Origin: a virus
DNA length: 64,000 nt
Direction: 5' to 3' (one strand)
IMG/VR virus record: IMGVR_UViG_3300040758_000214
Coordinates: 1-64,000 of that record
The notes under the pieces: model-generated
Database searches by the model: none
The model's input: the letters and a program-made list of their open reading frames with translations, nothing else
Told to the model about the DNA's origin: nothing
Shown: positions 50,129 through 59,314 of the stretch, one piece after another
How the letters are laid out: each line of letters opens with the position of its first letter
Numbering within the stretch: position 1 is the first letter of the stretch
Position numbers and translations under genes: made by a program

Positions 50129-50917
50129 ATGTTTAGAGGATTCAATTTAAAGTATCCGGAATACGAAGTAATCACACCTCAGACTAAAAGATCATTTACT
50201 TTGAGGTCATTGAATGTCAGTGAAGAAGAGAATATGAAAGGGAGTATGATGACTCCATTGAAAATTACGGAGCATCTTAATTCATGTATTTATGAAGTCT
50301 TAATTAAAAAGCCAGATGATATTACTGACTTTAAATCTTTTTTAACTAAGACTACAATTAAAGATAGAGAAGCTTTATTGTATGGTCTTTATCATATTAC
50401 ATATGAAGAGATTAGAAATTATGAAATAAAATGTGCAGCATGTAAAAAGGATTATCCTGTTACAGCTAAAGCATCTGATATGTTTGGATTCAATATTTAT
50501 CCTAGTGATGATAATATATTAGACATACGTATTAGAGTTGATCTTCCTATATCTAAAGGTATTTCAGTTTATATTAAACAACCATCTTTAGAAGATGAAG
50601 TTTCATCTTTAAAAAATTATGCAACTTTAGCTGGAACTAATATGGATATTATCACTCAAACATTAATAATTGATAGATTTGAACAAAGTACTGATTCACC
50701 TGACCCAATTATTTATGATCAACGTGGTGATATTATAGATGCATATAGAAGTTTACCTTCTAAAGACAGAAAAGAAATCAATGCTAAATATACTGAAAAT
50801 TTTGGTAAATATGGTATTGAATTAAAAATGAGAACTTTCTGTCCATCATGTTCCAATGAGGAGGTAATCAATATCGACCTTGTCGAAAACTTTTTTCGTA
50901 TGGTGTACACGGTATGA
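50129..50917 (+). CDS. Baseplate hub / tail assembly chaperone (T4 gp26-like)
   Basis: P.YEV..P, LRSLNV.EE, DREALL, CAAC and CPSC Zn knuckles, C-terminal ENFF. Confidence 0.75.
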   Translation: MFRGFNLKYPEYEVITPQTKRSFTLRSLNVSEEENMKGSMMTPLKITEHLNSCIYEVLIKKPDDITDFKSFLTKTTIKDREALLYGLYHITYEEIRNYEIKCAACKKDYPVTAKASDMFGFNIYPSDDNILDIRIRVDLPISKGISVYIKQPSLEDEVSSLKNYATLAGTNMDIITQTLIIDRFEQSTDSPDPIIYDQRGDIIDAYRSLPSKDRKEINAKYTENFGKYGIELKMRTFCPSCSNEEVINIDLVENFFRMVYTV

Positions 50918-51098
50918 TAATATAAGTGAGTTTAAGAAAAATTTACAAGAAAATATTTTTGCATGTAAAGAATTAACTGGAGAAGGATATATAGACATAA
51001 TGTCCTTACCTGTTGAAAGATTCTATGGTCTTATAAAATGGAAAACAGACTTAGAAAAAGATAAGCAAAAGATGATGAACGAAAAAATACAAAAATAG
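50880..51098 (+). CDS. gp51/GT-like tail assembly extension (possibly frameshift-fused to the upstream gene)
   Basis: Y.DIMSLPVERF...I.W motif; overlaps the upstream gene and has no well-spaced start. Confidence 0.55.
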   Translation: MSKTFFVWCTRYDNISEFKKNLQENIFACKELTGEGYIDIMSLPVERFYGLIKWKTDLEKDKQKMMNEKIQK

Positions 51099-51108
51099 GA
51101 TATAATAA

Positions 51109-51543
51109 ATGGCCTCAATTCTAGACAAATTTATTAATAACTCTATAGGTGCACGTGGTAGGATTACAGATTATACATCTACTATTACACCATCTGGAGA
51201 CTTTGATAGAATTTATGAATTAAATGCTATTTTAATGTCATGGAATACTATATTAATTACTCCATTAAGAAGTTATACATATGATCCTGATTTTGGTTCT
51301 GAGTTATATAAATATGTATTTGAACCGTGTGATGATTTTACAAAAGATGAAATTCAAAATGAGATTAAATTAAGATTAACAACATATGATGATAGAGCTT
51401 CTATTGAATCAATTGATATTTCATATTTTCCTAATAAAAAAGGATTCACTGTAAATATAATAGCAAATTATCAAGGAACTACTGGGAGTTTAAATACTCC
51501 TATAGATCAATCTACATATTACAATTTCTTGAGATCTCAATGA
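51109..51543 (+). CDS. Baseplate wedge protein gp25 (GPW/gp25 family)
   Basis: AI..S...IL.TP......P.FGS.L..YVFEP...I...L..YD.R. Confidence 0.85.
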   Translation: MASILDKFINNSIGARGRITDYTSTITPSGDFDRIYELNAILMSWNTILITPLRSYTYDPDFGSELYKYVFEPCDDFTKDEIQNEIKLRLTTYDDRASIESIDISYFPNKKGFTVNIIANYQGTTGSLNTPIDQSTYYNFLRSQ

Positions 51544-52040
51544 AAATATTCTATTATTTTGTATTAAAGAATTATCGTGGATTATTTCGTAAAAAGTTTG
51601 TTGGGAATACCCACTTATTCTTAATTCCTAGAGCTGGTGATGATTATCTATATTTAGCCCTTTTAGGAAATATTGTAGATGAAGATAATTCATATGCTTG
51701 CGTATTAATATCAAGAATTCCTGATGATTTATTAGATGAAATAATTAATGGTGAACATAAACATTTTGGTGAAAGATTTGAATTAATTGATGAAATAAAA
51801 GTGAACACTATTAATGAGAATAAAGGTGAATATGAAATAAAAGTATTAAGTAAAAGTCAGCATATTCTTTCCGATTTAGAAATGATATATAATGAAGACT
51901 TAAGTTCAAATTCAAAAAGGATTTATATTATTAAAGGTAAATTAAATTTATCAACAGAAGATGTTGGATTAGATTCAACACTTAGAATTGATGCTTATAA
52001 AAAGTTAGCATTAGTTTCTAATAAAAATAGGAAAGTCTGA
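51540..52040 (+). CDS. Hypothetical protein
   Basis: ATGA-coupled ORF in the structural operon. Confidence 0.55.
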   Translation: MKIFYYFVLKNYRGLFRKKFVGNTHLFLIPRAGDDYLYLALLGNIVDEDNSYACVLISRIPDDLLDEIINGEHKHFGERFELIDEIKVNTINENKGEYEIKVLSKSQHILSDLEMIYNEDLSSNSKRIYIIKGKLNLSTEDVGLDSTLRIDAYKKLALVSNKNRKV

Positions 52041-52051
52041 TCGGGGAGGAT

Positions 52052-52630
52052 ATGATGACTAAAGAAATTAAACTTGATAAAAAAGCTCTTGAATGGGCTT
52101 GTAAACAATTAATGATAAACTCAGCTAAAAATGATAAAGTAATTAAAGAAAGTACTTCATTATCGGAACATGTAAAATTCATTAGTTGGATTAATGAATT
52201 ATCTTATATTCAAACCTTAATGTTATTCTTTGATAATAAATATATTAAAGTTAATGAACAACATGTAGCTGAGCCTCAGATTAGACAAAAAGAGTCTAAA
52301 ATTAAAACTGCTCTAAAATATGGATTGGCTGGTGTTGCTGGAGGTATGGTTAATAATGGAACAGGATTAGCTGCAATGTTAGTTTATTATTTTTATAGAA
52401 GATCAAATGATGTTTGTCACAATCAATGTAAAACATCAGCTGATAGTAAGAAATGCCAATATATTTGCAGAGTTACTGCAGCTAATCAAGTTTTAAATAA
52501 TATTAAATCTGAAATAGGTAAATGTAATAAAATGTCTAAACCTGATAAATGTAGAAATAATTTACAAAAGATGGCTAATAAATGGAACAAAATATTGATG
52601 CATAATAAGGCTAAGTTGGATCAATTATAA
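52052..52630 (+). CDS. EQ/Cys-rich paralog 6 (subfamily A)
   Basis: LDKKALEWACKQ, VNEQ, KYGLAGVAGG, 6 Cys, PDKC...KW. Confidence 0.75.
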   Translation: MMTKEIKLDKKALEWACKQLMINSAKNDKVIKESTSLSEHVKFISWINELSYIQTLMLFFDNKYIKVNEQHVAEPQIRQKESKIKTALKYGLAGVAGGMVNNGTGLAAMLVYYFYRRSNDVCHNQCKTSADSKKCQYICRVTAANQVLNNIKSEIGKCNKMSKPDKCRNNLQKMANKWNKILMHNKAKLDQL

Positions 52631-52633
52631 ATA

Positions 52634-53362
52634 ATGGAGGATAGAAAACAAATGGAAAAGAAAGTGGTAAAAAAGGAAGTTAAGAAAGAAGTAAAGAAAC
52701 CTGTTCAAGAATCAAAAGAAATAGTTCTTGATAAAAAGGCTTTAGAATATGCTATTAGAAAAATGTTATTCTCCTCTATTTCTGAGAGTAAAATTCTAAG
52801 AGAAAAATTATCTTTTGATGACCATATTAAACTTTGCGAATGGACTACTAAACTTACTTATGAAAATTTAATCCTTGTTTATTTAGGTGAGAATCCTAAG
52901 TCTAAATTAAATGAACAAGATGCAGGTAAAATTAGAGATTTTGAAGGAAGAGCTAAAACCGCTATGAAATATGGCTTTGCTGGTCTTGCCGGTGGATATG
53001 GTATTAAAAAGGCTGCTGGTAAAATAGGTGTTGCATCTAAACTTCCTGGTGCAACTAAAACTATTGGCGCAGCAATGTTGGCATTTTATATATTTAGAAA
53101 ATTTACAGATCCATGTTTTAGAAAATGTTTAGGTACAGGCACTTTAGGTGTAATGGGCAAGAAACATAAACTTTGTAAATATGAATGCCAAATTAATGCA
53201 ATAAAAACTGTATTAGGGCAGCTCAGAAGTCAAAAGAGTGTATGTGCTAAAACTCATAATCCAGAAAAGTGCCTAAGGCAATTATCTAAGCTCGAAATTA
53301 AATGGGCTAAAAAATTACAAGAAACTTTAGCTAAATTTAATGAAACCCGTGCAAAGATATAA
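52634..53362 (+). CDS. EQ/Cys-rich paralog 7 (subfamily A)
   Basis: LDKKALEY, LNEQ, KYGFAGLAGG, DPCFRKC...PEKC...KLEIKW. Confidence 0.75.
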   Translation: MEDRKQMEKKVVKKEVKKEVKKPVQESKEIVLDKKALEYAIRKMLFSSISESKILREKLSFDDHIKLCEWTTKLTYENLILVYLGENPKSKLNEQDAGKIRDFEGRAKTAMKYGFAGLAGGYGIKKAAGKIGVASKLPGATKTIGAAMLAFYIFRKFTDPCFRKCLGTGTLGVMGKKHKLCKYECQINAIKTVLGQLRSQKSVCAKTHNPEKCLRQLSKLEIKWAKKLQETLAKFNETRAKI

Positions 53363-53897
53363 ATCAATAAAGTCATTTATATTAGAGACAATTTCTAAGA
53401 GTAAAATATTACGAAAGAAATTGTCTCTATCAGAACATCTAAAATTGTATAAATGGGCTACACAATTAAATGAAGATCAACTATGTGATTATTTATTTGA
53501 ATCTAATCATATTCCTAATTACACAGTTCAAAAAATTTTAGATGTAGGATTGGCTGCTGCAGTAATAGCACCTATTCCTGGGAGTGAATGGTTATTTTTA
53601 GCTGTAAGATATTTAGAAGAAAATTTTAGTAAACAGTGTTTGAAAAAATGTGAATCAAGAAAACATGAAAAGCAAATTTGCTATTGGAGCTGTCATCTGG
53701 ATTCAATAATTAAAGTTAGAACAATTATAGAACAAGAATATAATAAATGTCGTTATGAACCATTAGAAAAATCAAAAAATAAATGTTTTAAAAAACTAGG
53801 ATATTTATTAGGTAGATGGAAAGATAGAGAATTAAAAATTAAAAATAAAGTAGATATAATGCAAAGAATGAAAGTCATTAATAGACTACGGAGATAA
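53340..53897 (+). CDS. EQ/Cys-rich paralog 8 (divergent subfamily A)
   Basis: SKILRKKLSLSEHLKL..W, LFES, hydrophobic segment, C..KC...C...C...KC...KC...W. Confidence 0.7.
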   Translation: MKPVQRYKSIKSFILETISKSKILRKKLSLSEHLKLYKWATQLNEDQLCDYLFESNHIPNYTVQKILDVGLAAAVIAPIPGSEWLFLAVRYLEENFSKQCLKKCESRKHEKQICYWSCHLDSIIKVRTIIEQEYNKCRYEPLEKSKNKCFKKLGYLLGRWKDRELKIKNKVDIMQRMKVINRLRR

Positions 53898-53902
53898 TCA
53901 TA

Positions 53903-54544
53903 ATGCAATTGTATAACAGAATATATGATTACATTAAAGACTATCAAAGTTTAGTATATGACACATATAGCAAACATGTAGTTGCATATCCTATTACATA
54001 TTATCATTTAGATATAACTACAGTTGTATGGGATGATAAGAACCTCATGGGCGGATACTATGAAAGGATTGGTGAATTATCAGGATTGAAATGGGATAAA
54101 ATATTATTGCTTCCTGTTTATTATACTGAAGAAATGATTGCTCAATGGAATGCTGAAGATATAGGTTATGTATCATTTACTGAAACTTATGCCATTATTC
54201 CTGAGACTTATGGATTTATACCTTATCCAAATGATGTAATAAAAATAGATCAATTGTATCAACCACAACCTGATAATAAATATACTATTTATACATGTAC
54301 TGGAGTTTCAAAAAGTACAACAGATAAAGTTTTTTATAAATTACATTTTGAGGTTGAACAATCTAGAACTCCAGCTGATATGGATTTACAATTATCAAAT
54401 ACTTATACATGGTTAGATTATACTAAAAAGATTCATACTTTAAATGATGCAACATTCTTAACAAATATGTTATCTAAAAATCAACAATTGAAGGAAAATT
54501 CAAAAATAAAGTATGATAAGAATGTAGGATATTATTTTTTATAA
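53903..54544 (+). CDS. Probable virion (neck/head-closure-like) protein
   Basis: Located in the structural operon; ITYY...LPVYY...PYPND pattern; weak assignment. Confidence 0.4.
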   Translation: MQLYNRIYDYIKDYQSLVYDTYSKHVVAYPITYYHLDITTVVWDDKNLMGGYYERIGELSGLKWDKILLLPVYYTEEMIAQWNAEDIGYVSFTETYAIIPETYGFIPYPNDVIKIDQLYQPQPDNKYTIYTCTGVSKSTTDKVFYKLHFEVEQSRTPADMDLQLSNTYTWLDYTKKIHTLNDATFLTNMLSKNQQLKENSKIKYDKNVGYYFL

Positions 54545-54554
54545 GAAAGGAAAA

Positions 54555-54929
54555 GTGATGAACAAATTAATTTCATTATTTATTCTATTATTTATAATGG
54601 GATCTTATAATTTAGTTTATGCAATAGATGGATTTATATCTGCAGAAATTGATTCAGATGTTTATGGTAAACATTTAGCTCCAGATTTTCAAGGGCAATT
54701 AGGACAAGTGTTTGGTGATTATAGAATTTATGGAGCTTTTGAAAGATGTAATGAAACTCCAATATTTACTAATAGTGATGAACATTACAGACTTGGAATT
54801 GAATATAATCATTTTGATAACTTAAAATTAGAAGCTGGGCCTGGATTATATCACGGACGAGCTTTTTTATTTGGGAAAATTACATACTCATTTGATACAT
54901 CGAGGAAAGGAGATGCCAAAACTAAATAA
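54555..54929 (+). CDS. Secreted protein, possibly a small outer-membrane beta-barrel
   Basis: Signal peptide; alternating aromatic strands (YRLGIEY, FGKITYSF). Confidence 0.5.
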   Translation: MMNKLISLFILLFIMGSYNLVYAIDGFISAEIDSDVYGKHLAPDFQGQLGQVFGDYRIYGAFERCNETPIFTNSDEHYRLGIEYNHFDNLKLEAGPGLYHGRAFLFGKITYSFDTSRKGDAKTK

Positions 54930-55263
54930 TTGGATTGATAAAATTTGTATTACTATATCTGATTTATTAGGAACTAATTTTTGTATATTTATATTTATAC
55001 TTATAGCATTTGTTCCTTTATATTATCAAACACCAAAAACAATATCAGAATGGCAAAATTGGTTAAGCCAAACATGTATTCAATTAGTCGCTCTTGCAGT
55101 ATTACAAAAAGGAACTAAAATTGAAGGTAATCGTACATATAATATGCAAAAAGAAACTCATGATACAGTAATGAATGAATTTGCTGAAGTTAAAGAAATG
55201 CATGAGTTCTTACTGAAAGAGATAAAAGAAACTAAAATATATTGTAAAGGATGCAAGAATTAG
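54913..55263 (+). CDS. DUF1003-like membrane protein
   Basis: Hydrophobic N-terminal half, W.SQT.IQLV.L.V; start set at M15 after AAGGAG. Confidence 0.55.
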   Translation: MPKLNNWIDKICITISDLLGTNFCIFIFILIAFVPLYYQTPKTISEWQNWLSQTCIQLVALAVLQKGTKIEGNRTYNMQKETHDTVMNEFAEVKEMHEFLLKEIKETKIYCKGCKN

Positions 55264-55489
55264 CAACAAACTATCCTTAGTATTTTTATAAAATTTATTC
55301 GATTTGCTATAGGTATTTCTTGATGTATTTTTAACATTTTAGTTATAGCAACAAACTAAAATAGAATAAAGAAGTAACATATCATTAAATGTTTGTTGTT
55401 CAAAAATATGTACTAAAATATAAAATCGTACGTTTTTCCATAGGCGTTTCTTGATTTATTTTTAACATTTTGAATTTAGCACACAACTA
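55261..55489 (-). repeat. Non-coding two-unit repeat element, copy 2 (inverted relative to 5498-5669)
   Basis: Minus strand reads box-AAAAATAAATCAAGAAACGCCTATGGAAAAACGTACGATTTTA ... box-AAAAATACATCAAGAAATACCTATAGCAAATCGAATAAATTTT-box; box = TAGTTTGTTGCTA or a variant. Confidence 0.85.
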
Positions 55490-55517
55490 AAAATATTTTT
55501 AGAGGTTAAAGACCAAA

Positions 55518-55694
55518 ATGAGTAAATTTAAAACAATTGTTGAGGCTTTAATTGCATCATCAAATTATATACTAAGAGACATAGAAATTACTGATGATAA
55601 GATAGTTGCCGATTCTGGTAAAAAAGTTATTGCTAAAATTGAACTTGCAGTTGACACTCTTTTAAAAATAAGAAAAGAAGATAAGGATAAATAA
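55518..55694 (+). CDS. 58-aa hypothetical protein (not in ORF track)
   Basis: AGAGG RBS; MSKFKTIVEAL...; ends just before the gp6-like start. Confidence 0.5.
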   Translation: MSKFKTIVEALIASSNYILRDIEITDDKIVADSGKKVIAKIELAVDTLLKIRKEDKDK

Positions 55695-55697
55695 ATA

Positions 55698-58205
55698 ATG
55701 GCAAGTACTCCTACGACTGACACACAGACCAGTATTTCTAATCAAGTATATTTATCCCGTGATAATATCCGTAATCAAATAATTGAATTAGCTCAAACTT
55801 ATCTAGATTTAAAAGATGTTGATTTAACAAAGTCTTCTTTCTTATCTTTTATAATTAATGTAATGTCTACATTAACATCCAATCTTTTATTTTATGAAGC
55901 AAGTGTATTTAGAGAATTCTTTTTAACGCAAGCACAGCTTCCCTCATCGGTATTAAATTTATCGACCTTTATAGGATATACACCAAAACTTGCATCGTAC
56001 TCAGTGGCAGAATTATTGGTTACAGTACCATTAACTTTTGATAGTTCTAATATAACTTTTGATATTCCATCTCAATTTAATTTTTATGCAAATGATTTAA
56101 CCTTTCAAACATATTTTGATTCTTTAGTTACTGTAACCAATAATAATTCTGCAACTATACTTTGCACTGAGAATAATAAAATATTTAATTTACCAGTATA
56201 TATAGATACAACATCTACAAATACTCTTTCATTTATATTACCTGTAAATCAATATCAAACTGTAGTTCAAGAATTTCAATTAGATTCTGACATACAGACT
56301 TATCAATTTGTCTCATTGGATGTTCCATTTTCAGGACAAATTGCAGATATTTTAGTTGAAGTAAATTATCCAAATAGTTTAGCATGGATTACATATACAC
56401 AATTTAATAGTTTATATTTAATGGCTGCTACAGATTTAGGATATACAATAAAAAGGACAACCTCTGGTGTAACATTGAATTTTGGAAATGGTTTAATTGG
56501 ATTCCAACCTATTCCCGGTTCTTCAGTAAGAGTTACTATTGAATTAACAGAAGGTGAAAATGGAAATGTAATTGCTGGTTCTATATCTCAAGGGGATAGA
56601 TTATATACTCAAAGTGATAATGTTACAGAATTGGTTAGTTATACAGTTTCTAATCCAACTTCATCTAGTGGCGGAGCAGATGAGGAATCTTCTGATCAAA
56701 TTAAATCAAATGCAATTAAAAATTTAGTATCTATGAATAGATTAGTTTCAGAAACTGACTATTTGTATGCAGATGTAGTATTACAAACTTCACCAATAAC
56801 TACACCATTTCCTGTATTAAAAAGATCAGATGTTAAAATTAATGAGATTCAATTATATAGTGCTATTAATTATTTAAGTGGAATAGTTCCTACAAGAAAT
56901 TTAGTTTATAATACAAATACTGGAAATTTAAATATTCCAAGAGGAACTATTATAAACGATAATGGAACTAATTTTTATACTTTATTTGATTTAAATGTAG
57001 ATTTAATAAATAGTTGTACTTATTATAATTATACAGTTTATCAAATTACTCAGGTTGTTTCATTATTATCAAGTTATGGATCTACATATAATTTAGTTGC
57101 AAATGCTTTAACGATTACTAAAAATTTAGATTCTTCTGTTACATTAGATTTAGGTTATCAATCTACAGAATCTGATTATCAAACTGCATCATGTACGATG
57201 ACTATTCAACAAGGAAATCTTAGTTATAGTTTTTCCAATGATTATAATAATAGCCAATTCACTTATACATTTCCATCTTATTTAAATGTACCTGATGGTA
57301 GCTTAACTTTTATTTTTACAATATCTCATAATAATACTACAATATCTCAGTATTCTGTTAATTCAATTATTAGACAAGATTTAAGTCAATTTATGTTATC
57401 CAATACTTTAATAGATGGAACAAGTGTTATTATATATGATATTCCTGGAATTGAACAAGATTATTATGATGACTTATCTACAGTTTCATCTAAAAGAGAT
57501 TTTGAATTAAATGTATTACAATCAATGTTAACTTCATTTAATTTCTCTAATTATAGAATGATGACAGATTTTACAAATATTAAATTTACAAATACATCTG
57601 GTTTAATGATGAATATGCAATTAAATACTACAACACAAAAAGATGTAAAAGATATTTATTTGACTGCAGTTCCTTCTAATCCAACTCTTGGTGATAGATA
57701 TATTGTAACAGGAGCAGAAGGTGGAGCATGGTCTGGACAAAATTGGACTATTGCTCAATGTATTCATACAAGCCCAACATCATGGTCATTCCAAACATGT
57801 TCTACAGATGATATAGTCTATGTTACAAATAAAGGATTAAAATATATTTTTAGTGAAGGAACTTGGGTTCTTCCAAATTATCAAATACCATTACAAATTT
57901 CATTAGAAGTATTTAGATCTCCAATTTATTTTGGTGGAGATAATGATTTAGCTAATGCAATCACAACTGCATTATTAACTGCATTTAGTTCTAGATTTGG
58001 ATCCAATATTGAATTATATAGATCCGAAATAATTTCAATTGTTCAATCCATAGATGGTGTAAACCATTGTAGATTAATTACTCCAGCTTCTAATATTTTC
58101 TTTAATTTTAGTATAGATAATTTTACTCAAGACCAATTATTAAATTATGGACCTGAATATGTATTCTTTACAGCAGATGATATTACAGTAAAGGTCATAC
58201 AATAA
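55698..58205 (+). CDS. Baseplate wedge subunit (T4 gp6-like) with DUF2793-like insert
   Basis: FLTQAQLPSSV..L...GY.P, FGNG..G..P, G..GNV, GGAD.ES...IK, RLVS..DY; P..GDRYIV....GAW.G. Confidence 0.85.
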   Translation: MASTPTTDTQTSISNQVYLSRDNIRNQIIELAQTYLDLKDVDLTKSSFLSFIINVMSTLTSNLLFYEASVFREFFLTQAQLPSSVLNLSTFIGYTPKLASYSVAELLVTVPLTFDSSNITFDIPSQFNFYANDLTFQTYFDSLVTVTNNNSATILCTENNKIFNLPVYIDTTSTNTLSFILPVNQYQTVVQEFQLDSDIQTYQFVSLDVPFSGQIADILVEVNYPNSLAWITYTQFNSLYLMAATDLGYTIKRTTSGVTLNFGNGLIGFQPIPGSSVRVTIELTEGENGNVIAGSISQGDRLYTQSDNVTELVSYTVSNPTSSSGGADEESSDQIKSNAIKNLVSMNRLVSETDYLYADVVLQTSPITTPFPVLKRSDVKINEIQLYSAINYLSGIVPTRNLVYNTNTGNLNIPRGTIINDNGTNFYTLFDLNVDLINSCTYYNYTVYQITQVVSLLSSYGSTYNLVANALTITKNLDSSVTLDLGYQSTESDYQTASCTMTIQQGNLSYSFSNDYNNSQFTYTFPSYLNVPDGSLTFIFTISHNNTTISQYSVNSIIRQDLSQFMLSNTLIDGTSVIIYDIPGIEQDYYDDLSTVSSKRDFELNVLQSMLTSFNFSNYRMMTDFTNIKFTNTSGLMMNMQLNTTTQKDVKDIYLTAVPSNPTLGDRYIVTGAEGGAWSGQNWTIAQCIHTSPTSWSFQTCSTDDIVYVTNKGLKYIFSEGTWVLPNYQIPLQISLEVFRSPIYFGGDNDLANAITTALLTAFSSRFGSNIELYRSEIISIVQSIDGVNHCRLITPASNIFFNFSIDNFTQDQLLNYGPEYVFFTADDITVKVIQ

Positions 58206-59314
58206 TGAATATATTACTTCAAAATGCTAATATTGATGATAGAAAATTAAAGTCATATCTCATTAATGTTGTAGCCAATGAATTGACTAATCTTTCTGAG
58301 CCATGTTATTTTCCGAAGTTAAAAGTCCATTATTTTCAAATTTTACATCTTTGTAATTTAACTGAAAATGAAGTAAAAGATTCAGTTCAAAGATTCTATA
58401 AAGACACCCCTATTATAGAAAAAGAGTGGAAACTCGAACAGAATGTTTATTCTACTTTATTAATTGCCTTAATGAGTTATTATCTAAATAAAAAAGATAT
58501 ACAAACATACAATTCTTTAATGTTATATTTTGTTGTAATGATGTATACTAATCTTATGTTAAGTCATATAAGATATTGTAATCCAGATATATTTAGATAT
58601 ACTTTAGAGCATTTAAATAAAACTCATTTATTTAGTAGAGAAAAAACTATATCAGGCGCATTATTTTTTATTGGTAGAGAAATGTCTAGAAGATATCCAA
58701 ATACATTTCAAGAGTTAAATGATCCAATGTTGGTTAGTAAATTCATAAGAGAGTGTAGACATAGAATTTCTCAAAGTGTTAAAAGTTTTAGAGAATTATA
58801 CTATAGAACTAAAGAAGAAGGAGTTGGATTTAAAAATCCAATGGAAGATGAAGAAGGAACTGAAATTAGTCCCATTGATAGAAAAGGTGAAGTTATAGAA
58901 AAAGTAGTAAAAAAAATAACCATGTATAAAGAAGTAGATAGGAAAGCCCTTGAAGATGCAAGAAAGATAACAAAAATACGAGAATCTTTAGCTACAATGA
59001 TAGTTCATGAATTATCCGATATAAAGTATTCCGATGATGTTAAGATGATCCTAGAACTATTTGTGAAGGATTTAAAGGATGTTAAATCTGTATGTGATAA
59101 AGAATTTTATAAGTATGTCCGGTCTCTAATGGCAATTAAAAAGACTCTACAAAAAGTATTTTTTAAACAACAAGTCGTTGTCTTACTTGAAAAAATATTT
59201 ACAAGATTAGATTATATGCAAGCCTTTCATAATTTTACTACACAAACTCAGTTCTTTATTTTATCCTTCCTTGCTTTTTATATCACCATAGTATTTAGAA
59301 ATTTTGTTTGTTAA
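58205..59314 (+). CDS. Hypothetical alpha-helical protein
   Basis: 369-aa ORF coupled to the gp6-like gene; no recognised motif. Confidence 0.6.
   Translation: MNILLQNANIDDRKLKSYLINVVANELTNLSEPCYFPKLKVHYFQILHLCNLTENEVKDSVQRFYKDTPIIEKEWKLEQNVYSTLLIALMSYYLNKKDIQTYNSLMLYFVVMMYTNLMLSHIRYCNPDIFRYTLEHLNKTHLFSREKTISGALFFIGREMSRRYPNTFQELNDPMLVSKFIRECRHRISQSVKSFRELYYRTKEEGVGFKNPMEDEEGTEISPIDRKGEVIEKVVKKITMYKEVDRKALEDARKITKIRESLATMIVHELSDIKYSDDVKMILELFVKDLKDVKSVCDKEFYKYVRSLMAIKKTLQKVFFKQQVVVLLEKIFTRLDYMQAFHNFTTQTQFFILSFLAFYITIVFRNFVC

Noticed and set aside
24395-58205. Bacterial extracellular contractile injection system or T6SS rather than a phage
   Set aside because: Structural genes are dispersed among many phage-type small ORFs, homing endonucleases and RNA-repair genes, with no cellular housekeeping context.
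58205-59314. Possible phage sigma factor
   Set aside because: Helical and basic, but I cannot identify sigma region 2 or 4 motifs; left as hypothetical pending HHpred.
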